Source of the DNA: Anthoceros angustus | Taxonomy: Eukaryota; Plantae; Anthocerotophyta | DNA: 64,000 bases | NCBI GenBank assembly: GCA_010909165.1 | Contig: MU008173.1 | Location: forward strand, 868,001-932,000 | Direction of reading: 5' to 3' | Shown: in pieces, positions 10,802-23,200 of the stretch | Layout of the letters: every line of letters begins with the position of its first letter | Position numbering within the stretch: the first letter of the stretch is position 1 | Made by a program: the position numbers and the translations under genes | Notes under the pieces: generated by a model | What the model was told of the DNA's origin: nothing | The model's input: only the letters and a program-made list of their open reading frames with translations | Databases searched by the model: none

Positions 10802-13800
10802 TCATTGGAAGTTATTCACCAAGTTCTGCAACGCAGCTTCAAGGTCTTCCTTCTTTATCCTCGCCTCTTCTACATCCTGCACAGCATTCATTCCAAAGGA
10901 GATAAGGCTTTGCTTGCCCAGCATTGCACCGACAGTAACGGCATCTGCATCTGCATCCGCATCCGCATCAGCATCAGCATCAGCATCAGGATCAAGATGA
11001 GCCGGGAAGGCTTACCGTGATGTGAATCATGTGGTAGGCAGTCCTGCTGTTGGTGGACTTCTGGGCGTTGAGGACCCGGAATCTGAGGCTCTCCAGCAGG
11101 AGGAGAGTCCTGGAGAAGAGCTGAAGGCTGCCCCGAAGGCAAGTGAGAGTGATGAAAGCCTCGCCCCCGCACATGTCCAGAGTGAAAACTGGCGTGAAGG
11201 GCTGCAGTTCCTGGCCCTCCTGCTTGTCCCACTGTTGGACGCCACCTGCAGCGTCCTTGTGATCTTGGCTCTCGGGGGACGAACAAGGCCCAGAGCTTTT
11301 GCACAGGTCTGTGGAGCTTCCGGAGTTCACGAGCCTGTTGGAGGGGTAGATCTTCGTCTTGTAGGCTGCAAACACGTTGTGGGAGCCTCGAAGCAGCTTT
11401 TGAGCCACTGTCAGCTCTGTTTTCTTTTGCGCCAGCTGCTTCAGAGACTGCTGCATTCCCTCAATGTAGCTGATGGTCTCTGCCACGATTTTCAGTCTGT
11501 CCGAGGGCTGCACAAAATAACATAACATGCAAGTGAAACAACGTTACTCCTTGCCCCCCTCCGAGCTACAAGCTTCACAACACAAGACAAATCGCACAAC
11601 GCAAAGATGCAACAGTGTGAGACTCAGCTTGTTTGCCATGAGCAGTACCTTGGGATTCAGCCCGTCCGCCGGCAGCAACGATCCCAACGTCGACAGCATG
11701 CAGTTCATACTCTTCCGCCTTCTCCTTTCCGCTATAACGTGGCTTTCCCGCTCCGAAGAAGGCGATTGCTTGACAGGGCGAGCTGGCTCCGCTTGAGCCA
11801 CAGCAATGGCACGAGCTGCAGCTTGGGACGCTTTACAAGTCCTGGCCTTCTTGGCTGCAGGCTGCTTGCCAGGCCCAGGCCCAGCCTCTGCCATGACAGG
11901 AGAGGAGTTGGCGTCGCCTCCGGATCCCCGACTTCCTCGTCTCCTCTTGCCAGCAAGGCCCGGTTTCACATCCAACCCCGCGGGAGACGAAGCTTCAACA
12001 CCAGCCACTGCTCGCAGGACCTGAGTCGTGATTTTGTCACTGCAGTTGGAGGCCAGCGGCCCTCTCCTCTGCGGAACCTCCGCCACAGTGACTGCAGCGT
12101 GGCCAGCCACGCGGTTCTTGGCCGCACCGGATGGCCGAATATCAGGGCTGGGAGTGCCCGGTGGAAGAGGAATGGAGCCCGGCGAGCTCTTGCAATCCTC
12201 CCTCAGGCTGGCGCTAGGGCCGGGTTGCCCCAAGACAGAAGCCGCTGCAGCAGGGGTCGCCGCCGGAGAGCATGACTTCCTGGACGCCCGGGGCGAGGGC
12301 GAGGGACTGCCTGACAGCGCCTGCGCCTGCACGCTCCTCCTTCTCTTGGTCGGAGGAGGAGACAATTTTCCGAAAGACATGGAAGTGGGAGACGGCTCCT
12401 CCAAACAGGCCTCCTTCCCCGGGCCCGCGCCCGGCCTGCCGGCAGAGGGAACTTCACAGTCTGCAGCACGGGCCCGCTTCATCCCTGCACTCGGCAGCTG
12501 CTGCAAATTTCCATTCCCCGGGCCCGGAAGCAGGCTCCCAGCCTGCGCATGCTGCTGCAGCTGCTGCTGCTGATGCTGATGCTCCTGGCCTTGGAGTTGG
12601 CCTTGCAATTGCAATTGCAATTTCGCTTGCACTTGCTCGGAGTTGGAGGCAGTCACGGTGACGTGATCACACTGATGGGAGGAGAGCTGAGCATCGGTGC
12701 CGAACTTGAGCCCGTCGTCCTCAACCTTCTTGGAGTCGCTGCCTACCTCCATGGACCTCCTGTCATCTGAGGCCTCATTGGGGCTGCAGAGCTGAGCAAA
12801 ATCAGCCACGCTGTGGCTCCGGGACTGGCTCTCCATCATCAAGCAGGATTCCAACACGGTGACCGGAGACCCCATGGATTGGAACCCTTCCAGCGACGAA
12901 ATATGGTCGGAGGCGGAAGACAAGTAGCCCGTCCCTGCCGTCTTGCAACCGAGCTCGGATCCGACGTTGGACGAAAGCACGGAGGTGGAGACTCCGACTC
13001 CGCCTCCGCAGTCGTGGCTGTGCTCCCCGTCCGGCAGCTCCAAGAGCGGCCACTGGTGGAAGCAGAAATCTCCGAGCTGCAAGTCATCCGCCGCGCTGGT
13101 GTCCACCAGAGACTGGCTCTGCATGTTGCCCGCCTCATCCAGCTCCTCCACGTTGAGCGGCCATTGCGAGGAGGCGGAGAGAGCCTCCTCCCAGCCGCGG
13201 GAAGGCGAGCAGGGATGGAGGATCTCGGAACCGAGCTCTTCCCCCTGGTTGCGCAATTCCTCAGCCAAGCGCATCGAGACATTGGCCGAGGGGAATGCTC
13301 CTGCTCCTGCTCCGGCTCCAGAAGAGAAGAAATTCAAGCCGTGGTGATGATCATTCTGCGAATCCGTCTTCATCCCTTGGCTGCAGAAGGGCAGGCTCTG
13401 CCCGAAGTGCGCCTCCTGGCCGGAAGAATAGTGCAGCTGCGCCGGGCCTCCCCAGCGTGCAAGAGCCTCCGACATTGTCCTCGGCGGGCCGAGAATGCTT
13501 CCCGGGGCGGCTGCCGCTGCCAGAGCCGGAGCTTGCTGCCATTGCGAGGAGGAAGAGAGGTAGGAGCGGGAGGGGGAGAAGCCGAGCGGCAAAGGCAGGG
13601 AGGCAGCGGGCAATTGCGGGAGGCCGCAGGGCGGGGCAGCCCCGGCGGGCGAGGCGCAGGGAGGGCGGCAGGAAGGCGCGAGATTGAGCGATGCCAGGAG
13701 CAGGGGCGAGGCGGAGGACAAATCGATGGAGGCAGGGGATCCGGAAGAGGAGGGTCCGCTGGCCAGGAGCTGGTGCCGGTGCTGGTGGAGGCTGCGATCC

Positions 13801-13955
13801 AGACCTTGCAGGACGTGGACGTCGGGGAGCAGTGGCGAGCGCAGGAGATGCTGGTGTTGTTGCTGCTGCTGCTGCTGCGAGGCCGAGTGAGAGTGTGAGT
13901 GTGAGTGCGAGTGCGCGGACGTGGGGGGCAGCAAGAGCGACGCGGGCGCGGCCAT
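10802..13955 (-). CDS. bHLH transcription factor with C-terminal ACT-like domain, ZHOUPI/bHLH95 (subfamily Ib)-like, ~957 aa; exons 13955-11649, 11507-11016, 10876-10802
   Basis: bHLH SHVIAERRRRKSMNCMLSTLGSLLPADGLNPK|PSDRLKIVAETISYIEGMQQSLKQLAQKK. ACT-like FTLDMCGGEAFITLTC...LFSRTLLLLESLRFRVLNAQKSTNSRTAYHMIHIT resembles the ZOU C-terminus. Introns are phase 0 GT-AG. Confidence 0.85.
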
Positions 13956-14099
13956 GGCCACGCTCTTTTCCCGCTTCGCTCTCGTCTGGGTCTGGCTCGG
14001 CTCGGAATGAGCTACACGCCGGCCACTTCTTCTGCCTTTGTATTTGCCCCTGCGTCTCCTCTCTCTTCAATTCACCACCTGACTGTCAGCAAGGTGTGA

Positions 14100-15260
14100 C
14101 AAAAACCCTAATTAGACAAACACACCATTATTGAGATTTCTCCTTTGTTGTTTTCTCACCAGCTCAACTATTGCAACAAGACAATGTACATCCTGCATTA
14201 TACTGCTTTTGTTGCCTTGTGTGCCTTATTGTGCACTAGCCATATGTAATATTACTATCCACAGTAAGAAGAGATAAAGTCCAAACTATAAGTTATTAGG
14301 TTATTTATGTACGAACAAGTGATCATATTACAAGCATAAAGTGTAACAATGGTACAGACCGTCAAGGATCAAAGTACAACAATGTGGATTTTAGTAGTTT
14401 CTTATGGAACATAACATGACAATCCCAAATATACCAATAGAACAAACCAACGCTAAGTAGATCCTTTGCACAAAAAACCAAGATAGTCCATCAATAACCT
14501 TACATCACTCGCAACCGGGAGCATCAATAGTTCCATGGTATTGAACTTATTTCGACAAAAGATACTCTAATATTGTTTGTATCTATGTAATTAAAATATT
14601 TTGATCTCCAAAAAAGAAAAAAAGAAAAGAAAAAAAAGATACTCTATTAGAGCTGTCAAAGTGCTTAGGGTACATACATCTAGGTCATATAATTACATAA
14701 TATTAATATTTTTTGTAAAAACTATGGTAATAAATTTGAGTACACCAGATGAAAGGTGATTTTCAAAAGTACATCTTTATATGCATAACTCATAATATGT
14801 ATGTTCAATATTCTGCTCACATAACTAGGGAGAATAACATAAGATTGAACACTTGGGAATGCCCATCAAGTAATTAATTATAAAATTAAAAATGATACAA
14901 TTTTTGAATTCAAGTAGAGGAACTACCTAAAATTGTTTAGCATACATTTTTTACATATTATAGCATGCATCTCATCTATCATATTTGAATTTCATGATGG
15001 TCATCCATCTTGGTAGGATTGTAATAAATTCTTCTTGTACTTTAATTATGATGTGGTGCAATTGAAATAAAGAAGCACAGGAAGAAGAAAATCATTAGCT
15101 AATAAATGTGTGGTTTATGTTCTACATTTTAATTTTTGATTTTTAATTTATATTACATCATTTAGTTATATGTCAATCTTTTATGAAGAACCATTCTAAA
15201 ATATTCTTACTTATTATATATATATTTGTATAGTTTATTATATAGATATATTATAAATAA
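14100..15260. other. Sharply bounded AT-rich block upstream of the bHLH, probably a 5'UTR intron and/or an old TE insertion
   Basis: GC drops abruptly and there are no ORFs. A minus-strand acceptor-like ccttgctgacag lies near 14085, and a CT-rich leader followed by ttg|gtagt lies near 15445. Confidence 0.45.
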
Positions 15261-17027
15261 GAAAGGTTAAACACGCATGAGAAGGGAAAGGCCGTGTAAG
15301 AGTGAAATGGATGTGTATGTACTTTGATGATATGTCAACGCCTCGGCCTCGTAAAAAGTGTTTGAATGATGTGCAATTGAATTGTGCATGGGGAGGCAAA
15401 AGGTGAAGCGCTGCGTTCCATGAGAAGGCACAAACCTCCCGACTACCAACAAGGAGAGGGAGAAGGAGAGGAGAGGGAGAGGGAGAGGCAGAGGGAGAGG
15501 GGGAGGAGGTGCGGAGGGGCCCGCGGGATTGTGAACTCGAAGGATGACTCCACTCCTCTCGGACATGTGCCGACTGTAGTGTATGTGAAGGCGCATGGCA
15601 CATTAATGAGTGATGGGGATGTGCCATAAATTTTGCGCTGGCCCCGACGTGTGCTGCATTTGTGAGGAAAAAGGCGAGGTGCAAGCCAGAGCTTGTGCTA
15701 AGAAGAAGTGCAAGCCAAGGCTCTTTGACGTAGATTACATAGTGGCAAGCAGGGCCAGTGCCACTGCAAAAGGTGGGTGCTGGGCCAAAATCTACCCAAG
15801 CTGAAGCTGTTGCTGTTGCTGTGGCCTGGCACTGGAGTCCTGGGTCCCGGACGGCCCACCAGTCCATGGCCAGCGTCCACCAAGGGCAAGGGCAATGTGG
15901 AGTGTCGGTAGCTGGCTTGCGCGGTACACGAGGCGGTTGAGGCGCGCGTGTGTGATGAGAGAGGTGCCAAACGAATCGAATCGCATGGGACGAGCAGTCT
16001 GCAGGGGAGCAACAGCTCACAGCTCAGCTCAGCTCAGCTCAGCTTAGCTCACCGTGCCTGTCCACAGTCGGCCGGAACCGCGCAACTCACAACCCTAGCC
16101 TGGAGTGTTCGTGTCCGCGTGAGAGAGCGGGAGGAGGAGCGGCACCGTCGCCCGGCCTCAACCCCGGCCTCAACCCCGGCCCCGGCCCCGGCCCCGATTC
16201 GAGCAACCTCCCGGCTTTCCCTCCCCTGAACAACCTCCGCATCATGGGGGCCGGGGCTCGGGCCCCGATACATAAATGCGGTGCAGGTGTCGCACCTGCG
16301 ATCGGGGCTGAAGCCTGCCACCAACAATCCAACAAAATTTAATCACTGCGCTCCGCACTCGGCAGCCCGGCAGCCCGGCAGCCCCGCAGGAGATGGATGA
16401 TTCACCGGGATAATCAGGATTCTGCCCTAGGCCTGCTGCCACAATCTGCGGGCACCAACAGCAACACCAGCCACAGCAACAACAACAACGAACACACAAG
16501 ACGGTGCCTGCTCTCAGCTGCCGGGAACGGAAACGGGAACGGGATCGGTATCGGGATCGGGATCGGGATCCTGCTGCTCATTCCATTCCTCATCAGGCAG
16601 CACCGCTAATCCTGGCTGCAATGACGGGGTTAGGGGGCAGGTTTATCGGCCGTGGGGGCGCGCGCTGTGTGAAACGCGACCGCCTCCGTCTCCGCGTCTG
16701 CCGTGCAGCAGACGGATGCGTGGCTGGAGCGAGTAGGAGACGGCGGGCCATGCGGCCGGACCGGGTACCGGGTAGGGGTAGGACATTCCGTCCACGCCTC
16801 TCGGCTTTCCCCGCTCGTGCACTCTCGGGGGCCCCTACACCCTCACTGCCCCTGCTGCCTTGCGTTGTTGGATATCCAGCCTACGCTGCCACCTCTCCGT
16901 GAGCTCCATGAATGCAACCCTGCCTGGCCCGATCTGCTCCACTTCTGCTTCCGCTTCCGACTAGCACTCCGACTCGCACTCCTGTTCCGATTAGGGTTTC
17001 AGGGCTCGTGTGCATCATTACTCTTTC

Positions 17028-17873
17028 ATGGCTTCCCAGGATCGGCAATCCATCTGGGACAAGATTGCCGGTTTGTTCCAAGGTTTTCAGAGAGGTGTGT
17101 GGTTCAGATTTGCGGACGGCCGCCGTCCCCCGCCATTCTGGCCTTGGCTTACAGTGGATTGGTTTGTGCGTCGCGCTCTCTCATCAATCTCCTTCTTCCC
17201 CTTGTGCAGCCAAGTTGGATGAGAAGCAGGTTGTGAAGCAGGTGATTGACAAGGTGTTTGAGCGTTTTACATCTACCGCGTCTGGCAGCACGCTAGATGT
17301 GCAGGAGCTGTACACAGCCATCCTACTTGTCTACAAGTACCTATGTGCCTGCTTTCGTGCTTTAATAACGCCTTTTCCGCTACACGACTAATGGGATGGG
17401 CTAATCCAGTACCTAATGCGGATGTACATTGTGTCATTTGTCAGTGACATCAATAAAAGGTTTCCTGGACCTCACCATGACCCACCTGTCAAGGAAGAAG
17501 TGGAGGAGTTGCTCAAGGTACGGATTTTGGCTTCTTTAGCTCAGCTCTCTTGCTCAGGTGAGGACGGCAATTGTTTGCCTCACCAAGCGTCTGACTTGTA
17601 CTGCAGAAGTTTGATATAAACAGGAATGGTGTCTTGGATCGCGAGGAATTCACAGCATTTGTCCAGACTTTCACAACTAATGTCACGTCCCAAATAAGTA
17701 TCAACATTGTCGTATTTGCCTTGTTAGCCCCAGGTTTGGCTTTGCTCACTAAGGGTGCCACAGAGCAGGTGCCGTATGTTGGCAAGGTTGTCAAGAAAAC
17801 GCCTAATGCAGTTTATGCCTCCCTCATCAGTGCTTTGATAGCTCTAGCAGGTAAAGTGGGTGACAAACAATGA
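17028..17873 (+). CDS. Plant calcium-binding EF-hand family protein (~169 aa); exons 17028-17070, 17210-17336, 17445-17517, 17607-17873
   Basis: The spliced ORF is 510 nt: ...LYTAILLVYNDINKRFPGPHHDPPVKEEVEELLKKFDINRNGVLDREEF... with a canonical EF loop (DINRNGVLDREE) and a hydrophobic C-terminal part (TKGATEQVPYVGKVVKK). Confidence 0.88.
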
Positions 17874-20219
17874 CAGATGTGTCAGCTCACAAATGTTTGC
17901 ACTTGTTGTACTACGCCTATCACTCCCCTAACATTGAGACTCAGGATATGTAATTAGCGGCTTGTGGCAAAAAGCTTGGCTCAGCCAGTACTGCTTGTTC
18001 CGAGGTCCAGATTTATGGACAACCAGTGACATCCACATGTGAGAGACCCTGGGGCGGGGCGACTTGCCAGTGCTCGATTGTCGACATTGTTGCCCCACAA
18101 ATAAATGGATTTATGGCTCATTCCCAAGGCCATGTAAAGAGACACTGCCACACTTGCACCCACTGCAGCTAGTCCACCAACACTCCTAAAACCTGAAGCT
18201 GAAGAAGTTGAAGATGTTGCAAATGGGTTGAATGTGATACACGAACCACTGGAGCAGGCCTACTGACTGAGGAAGGAGTATTGGCGTTATGACCTAAGCT
18301 TGACTGTGGGATGAAGGCGCCGACTCCTGGGCACGTCCACGGGCCCTGCTGTCTTTGTCGCAAGCATTGTCGCAAGCATTGCAAAAGCCAACATGCCACA
18401 CCCAGATTGACAACCCGAGTAACCGATTTGCGTACATAATCTGCAAGCTTGAACATCAAGCATATTTATGGAGGGTGGAACGTGCAACCAGCAACACTCA
18501 GGCAGTGCAGGGTCGCATTTGGACTGTGAACACACTACATCCTGCGTGGAAAGATCTTGTCTGCAATCACGTCAGAGGGCCAGAGCCTGTTGATGCTGAT
18601 GTATCATACCAGTGAACTGAAATCGGAAGCACTACACACTACACAGTTCAGGATATGTGTCTCACCTGATGTTTAGTTGGTCCAATCCGCAGGGTGAACA
18701 GTGAACAGTGGAGGCAATCACAGGTATTTACCAGAAAAACCCACCATAGCACCTGAAGTTGCGTCTTCAGCTACCGGGTGTGGACATGTGCCTTGTCATC
18801 TAGCGTAGCTCTCCTACGTGCTGCCATCTGTACCTATGGCGACCATGTGGAGCCTAGACAAGGCTCTCACTTGCCATGGAACAGCAGCAAATGGCACATG
18901 GTTTTGTGAGGGCAGCGAAGCCAGGCTCTAGGAGGGATCAAAGAACGTTGGATAGGGCCACTGTCGTGGAATGCAGCTTCATCCAGCTCAGTGTTTTTGT
19001 TCCCTGTGTTGTGATGTGGTTGGGCTGGAAAAGAGACTTACCAGCTTTATTGGGTTATCTCTTGACAACAGCAGCCACGTTGTTCAAGCATCCAGCAGCG
19101 CGTGTAGTAGAGAATCCCACGACCCAGGCGTTGCGGATACAGGTCAGCCCAAGAGTCCCCAACCCAAACCTGGGATGCTACTCAGGAAAATATTGGAGCA
19201 CTTAGAATATGTAGCCCGGTAGAGCACAATAGTGTGGGCCAAGCAGCGTTGTAGGGTTGGCAAGATCTACTGGGTCCTGGTCAGGCCTTCCTACTTCTCT
19301 TGTTCGTGTTCTCGTCTAGCAGCCTACATGATTGCACCACAACAAAACGGTGGCAGTGTCAGAAATAAACCAGCAGAACCAAGAGGTCGTACATAGGCAA
19401 CGGGTAGAAGGTGTAGACAACCGACACAATTGACACTTGAACAAGACAGCTTGGCCACCACATGTTTGCGGGCTCCACAAGGCTTGTACCTGTGGAGGAG
19501 GCCAAGCCTGAAGTCGGCAGTTTTGCCTGAGGGTCAGTTCATCTTCACAGAGAAATGCATGAACGTCTGCTAGAAAGCTCGTGCTTGTCGAGTACGTTTG
19601 GCAACAGTGAGCATTGAGAGTATATGCCTCCCAGATCCACCCACATACAGGCCCCGCACTGGCGAAGACTCTGATTAGCACGTGTTCTTGGCACAATGAA
19701 GGCGACCTGTTTGTAACAGGAGACCGGTCATGGTCACCGACAGTCTGCACGACTGCTGTCCTAGGTGTTTTGTTTCCAGATGCTGCAGCGTTGCTGGACT
19801 CCTCTCCTTCAGCTCATGCATCATAGCATCTCCTGTGCTGCAAGCCGGGCGACGCGAGAGTTGCATATTTCCAGGAGCGCTGGAGCTTGTACCTGGCAGG
19901 CTGTCACTGGGCACGATTGGTTCATCGTGGACCCTCTTCTCCTCTTTAAGCAAGTCCCGGTGCTCTTGGTTCACCAGGACCACGAGATTGCCTGTGATTG
20001 TCTGTAATCACAGGCTTCTGTCACCCTAATCTGCTAGCAGGAAGGCAGGCAAAGGTCATTAGACGAAAATGCACTGCTACCAGTGAGATTATTGGGGGCC
20101 CATTCTTAGATGATTGGACCAACTGCAATACAAAATTACATAGGTTACATGTACAACCGCACCGGCAATAGCCAAGTGCAAGAGCCAGAAGCATACCCGT
20201 CTCTAATATTGTCTTAGAC

Positions 20220-23200
20220 TTATCTATCCGAGATGGTCTCATCAGACGAAACATCGTTGTATGCTTCTCCATTCACCAATTCACCTCGGATGTCAGGATC
20301 TGATTGAGTCTCGCTTGAAGACTCGTCGCTGTCGCCTGCTGTGATGACAGGCCCCGCGGTCTGTGTGTTAGCACCTCTAACCTTAATAGCGGAGTCCCTA
20401 CTGTTACTAGTGGCAGCCTGGTTGGGACAGGCTGCTGCAGACCGGAGCCAAGGTGGAATTATCTCCACCTGATTCACCTGCTCAGGTCTACCAGCTCCCA
20501 ATGCTGCCGACTCCGAGCTAATGCTCATCATGGTCTCCTGGATTGGTAATTCTCGAACCACATGCTGCTCGGCTTCAAGTTTGCCCAGCTGATGGTCCCC
20601 CCCTGCACGTCTTGAGCTGAATGGATCTCTACCTTTCTGAAGGACCATCTTCACCTTCGCTGAAGCCTGCAGAGGAGACCTATGATCCTGTGAAGCAGAC
20701 AGGTCCAGAGAAGGCTCCAGATTGAAGCATGGAATTCTAGCCTGTGCATAGCCAGTGGCTGCATCTTCCAAAAATGTCCTCCGCTTCAGAAACTCTGAGA
20801 TGGAGGAGGCCGTACCGGGTTGAGTCAGAGGAGAGGGCCGAAGGCTAAAGTCCAATGGTGGGACAGGAGGTGTTAGTGACAAATCACTGGAAACAGACAT
20901 TTTGGCTGAGGAGCCATCGGTGGATAAAGGCAGCAAAGGAACAGTAGGCCCCATTCCTCCACCAGGTCGGGAGAAAGCTAGGTCTAAGGGGAAGGGTCTA
21001 GTCATGCTAGAGGTGGAAGAGGGATGGCCTAAAGGGGTTTCACTCAGACCTTGATGAAGGTGAGGATAATCCCCAAAAGAATGATTCTGTGCTTCAGGAA
21101 CACTCGCACTACCACTCACATCGGTCACAACAGAAGGCCTTTTGGCTTGCTTTCGCCTTCTCTTCTTTCTTCCAGGCACTGCTGGTACCTCCAGTGGAGG
21201 TAAGGGGAGGGCTGGGGGGGGAAGGATAGGCTTACTCCCACCATGCAATGAAGCCACAGCGTTTGCAATAGCCGCTATTGCCGGTGACAAAGCAGGAGGA
21301 GGTGGAGGCGGCCCTGACGACTTGAAAGCATCCTTCAACCAATGGGGAAGATTGCTTGTACTCTTTGATGACGACTCCTTCCAAGGGGATGCCTGTAGCC
21401 CTTTCCCACTGGACATGTGCCTGCTCAACTTCTTCTTATCAAAGAAACCACCATCACCAACTCGAGACGTCTTTCCACCCAGCATTCCAAACTGGGGTAT
21501 TGATAAGGAAGACCTACCTTCTTGCGTTCTGCCCCCCAAGCCCAATACTGACCCCGGATATTGGAGAGATAGGGCATCAAGGGACCTCTGAGAAAGGTTT
21601 TCAGGAATTGGCAAAGGTTGTCTGTGCAGTGGGGACATTCGCTGAGACTGCTCCAGCAGACTCAGAGGCATTGACTTCATCTCAGATAATGACTTCATCC
21701 CCTTGAAATCTATCTTCGAGAGACCATCCAAAAGATTAGGTGGTCTGGGTTCAAACTTGAGATGATCCATAGAGCTGCAAATTGGGAAGAGCAAACTTCC
21801 GCTACCCACAGTCTCCCCACCAAAAAGCCCATCAGGCGATTTCATACCTGAAAGGTTGGACAACCCTGTTCCCGCTGCCGCCGATGCTGACCTTAATTGT
21901 GACAGATCAGGTAACTTCTGAAAGTCCACTGTTATCCCACTACTACTGACCTCTGGCAACAATTTCTCATCTTCAGGCATCCCCAACCCTAGTGACGTGT
22001 TGAACTTGAGGGAGCCAAAAGAGGGACTTTTCTCGTGAGATTGCTGAGGCAAAGACTGGTTGGACCAGCGAGCCGAATCACGTCTGTCCAGCATGTTCTT
22101 TTCCTGCAAAAATTTTTCTACTGCAACTTCAGGTTTGTTTTTCCCACAAGTTGCCCTCAAAGCCTCCGAAAACAGAGCTGCAGAGGGAGAGCTTTCTCCA
22201 GCTCTGGTAGACAGTTGGATATCAGGTAATCTTCTTAGGGCGCTCTCAAGCACTCCTTGACTGCCAACAGCTGCACTTTTCTTCACAAGAGGTTCGACCT
22301 TCAGCTGCTCATTCTGCTGCCACCTTTTCTCCAGATCCTTCGCAGTTCGAGTATCATGGAAGTTCAGTTTTGGGTCTGCAAGCATGTCTGCCCAGTTTTC
22401 CCCGTACCTCCGAACTCCACTCCATAACACATCCAGTTCTTCTTCTGTCCAAGGTTCCTGTCGCTGTTCCCGTCGTCTGTTCTCCTCAACAGCCCTTGCT
22501 TTTCCATTAGCCAATGTTTCTAGAAATGCAAGAGATCGGGTGCTATCAAGGATCTGCCTTGAAGAAGGCATGGACATATGTCTGAAGTCTGCACTAAGGT
22601 CAGGTACAAGGAACCCAGGCACATCTTTCAGCGATCCAAGACTGAAAGAACATGATGGGGATGCATGTTTCCACATATCACCTTGACCCTTCAGCGTGGA
22701 TCCTGCAGCAGATGTCAAACCGTTGGCCAGAGTTTCCTGACTGCCCAACCCTATACCAAGATTTGGTAAGACAGGTAGCTGGTTCAAGGGCCCTAGAATT
22801 CTCTGGCCCGAATCAGGAAAACCTCCAGACTTCTCCTCATCAGGCAACCAGCATTTGCCGGAATGCCTCTCCTGCCTACTTGAGTGCGCTGCTGTTTCAT
22901 CTAAAGCCCGATGTATCCGTGACTCCATGCCAGTCTCACCAGAAAGCAAACCCTGCATAAAAAACAGATAAATAAGCGCATGAAATAGCCTTTCCTCTCA
23001 TACAATGCTTTGTAACAGGTTTCAGATATGCATGTCCTGTACGTCATACCTCCCAAGAGATACATGGAGAAAGAAAACATACCCGACTGTTCAGACTCCA
23101 AGAATCTATGTTGTTCAACTTCTGTCCACCCTCTTGCTTCTCCAGTTCAAGCTTAAAAGATCTAGATGGTCCAGCTTCAAGAATTTCTCCACTTTTACTT

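Noticed and set aside
11607-13898. Long + strand ORFs (222, 181 and 361 aa)
   Set aside because: Antisense shadows of the GC-rich bHLH exon.
15238-16900. 260 aa and other ORFs between the bHLH and EF-hand genes
   Set aside because: Low-complexity divergent promoter/UTR sequence; no recognisable motif or known miRNA seen.
19675-19983. Possible extra CHR4 exon
   Set aside because: CHR4 has a family-typical end and stop at 20220; no in-frame donor found.
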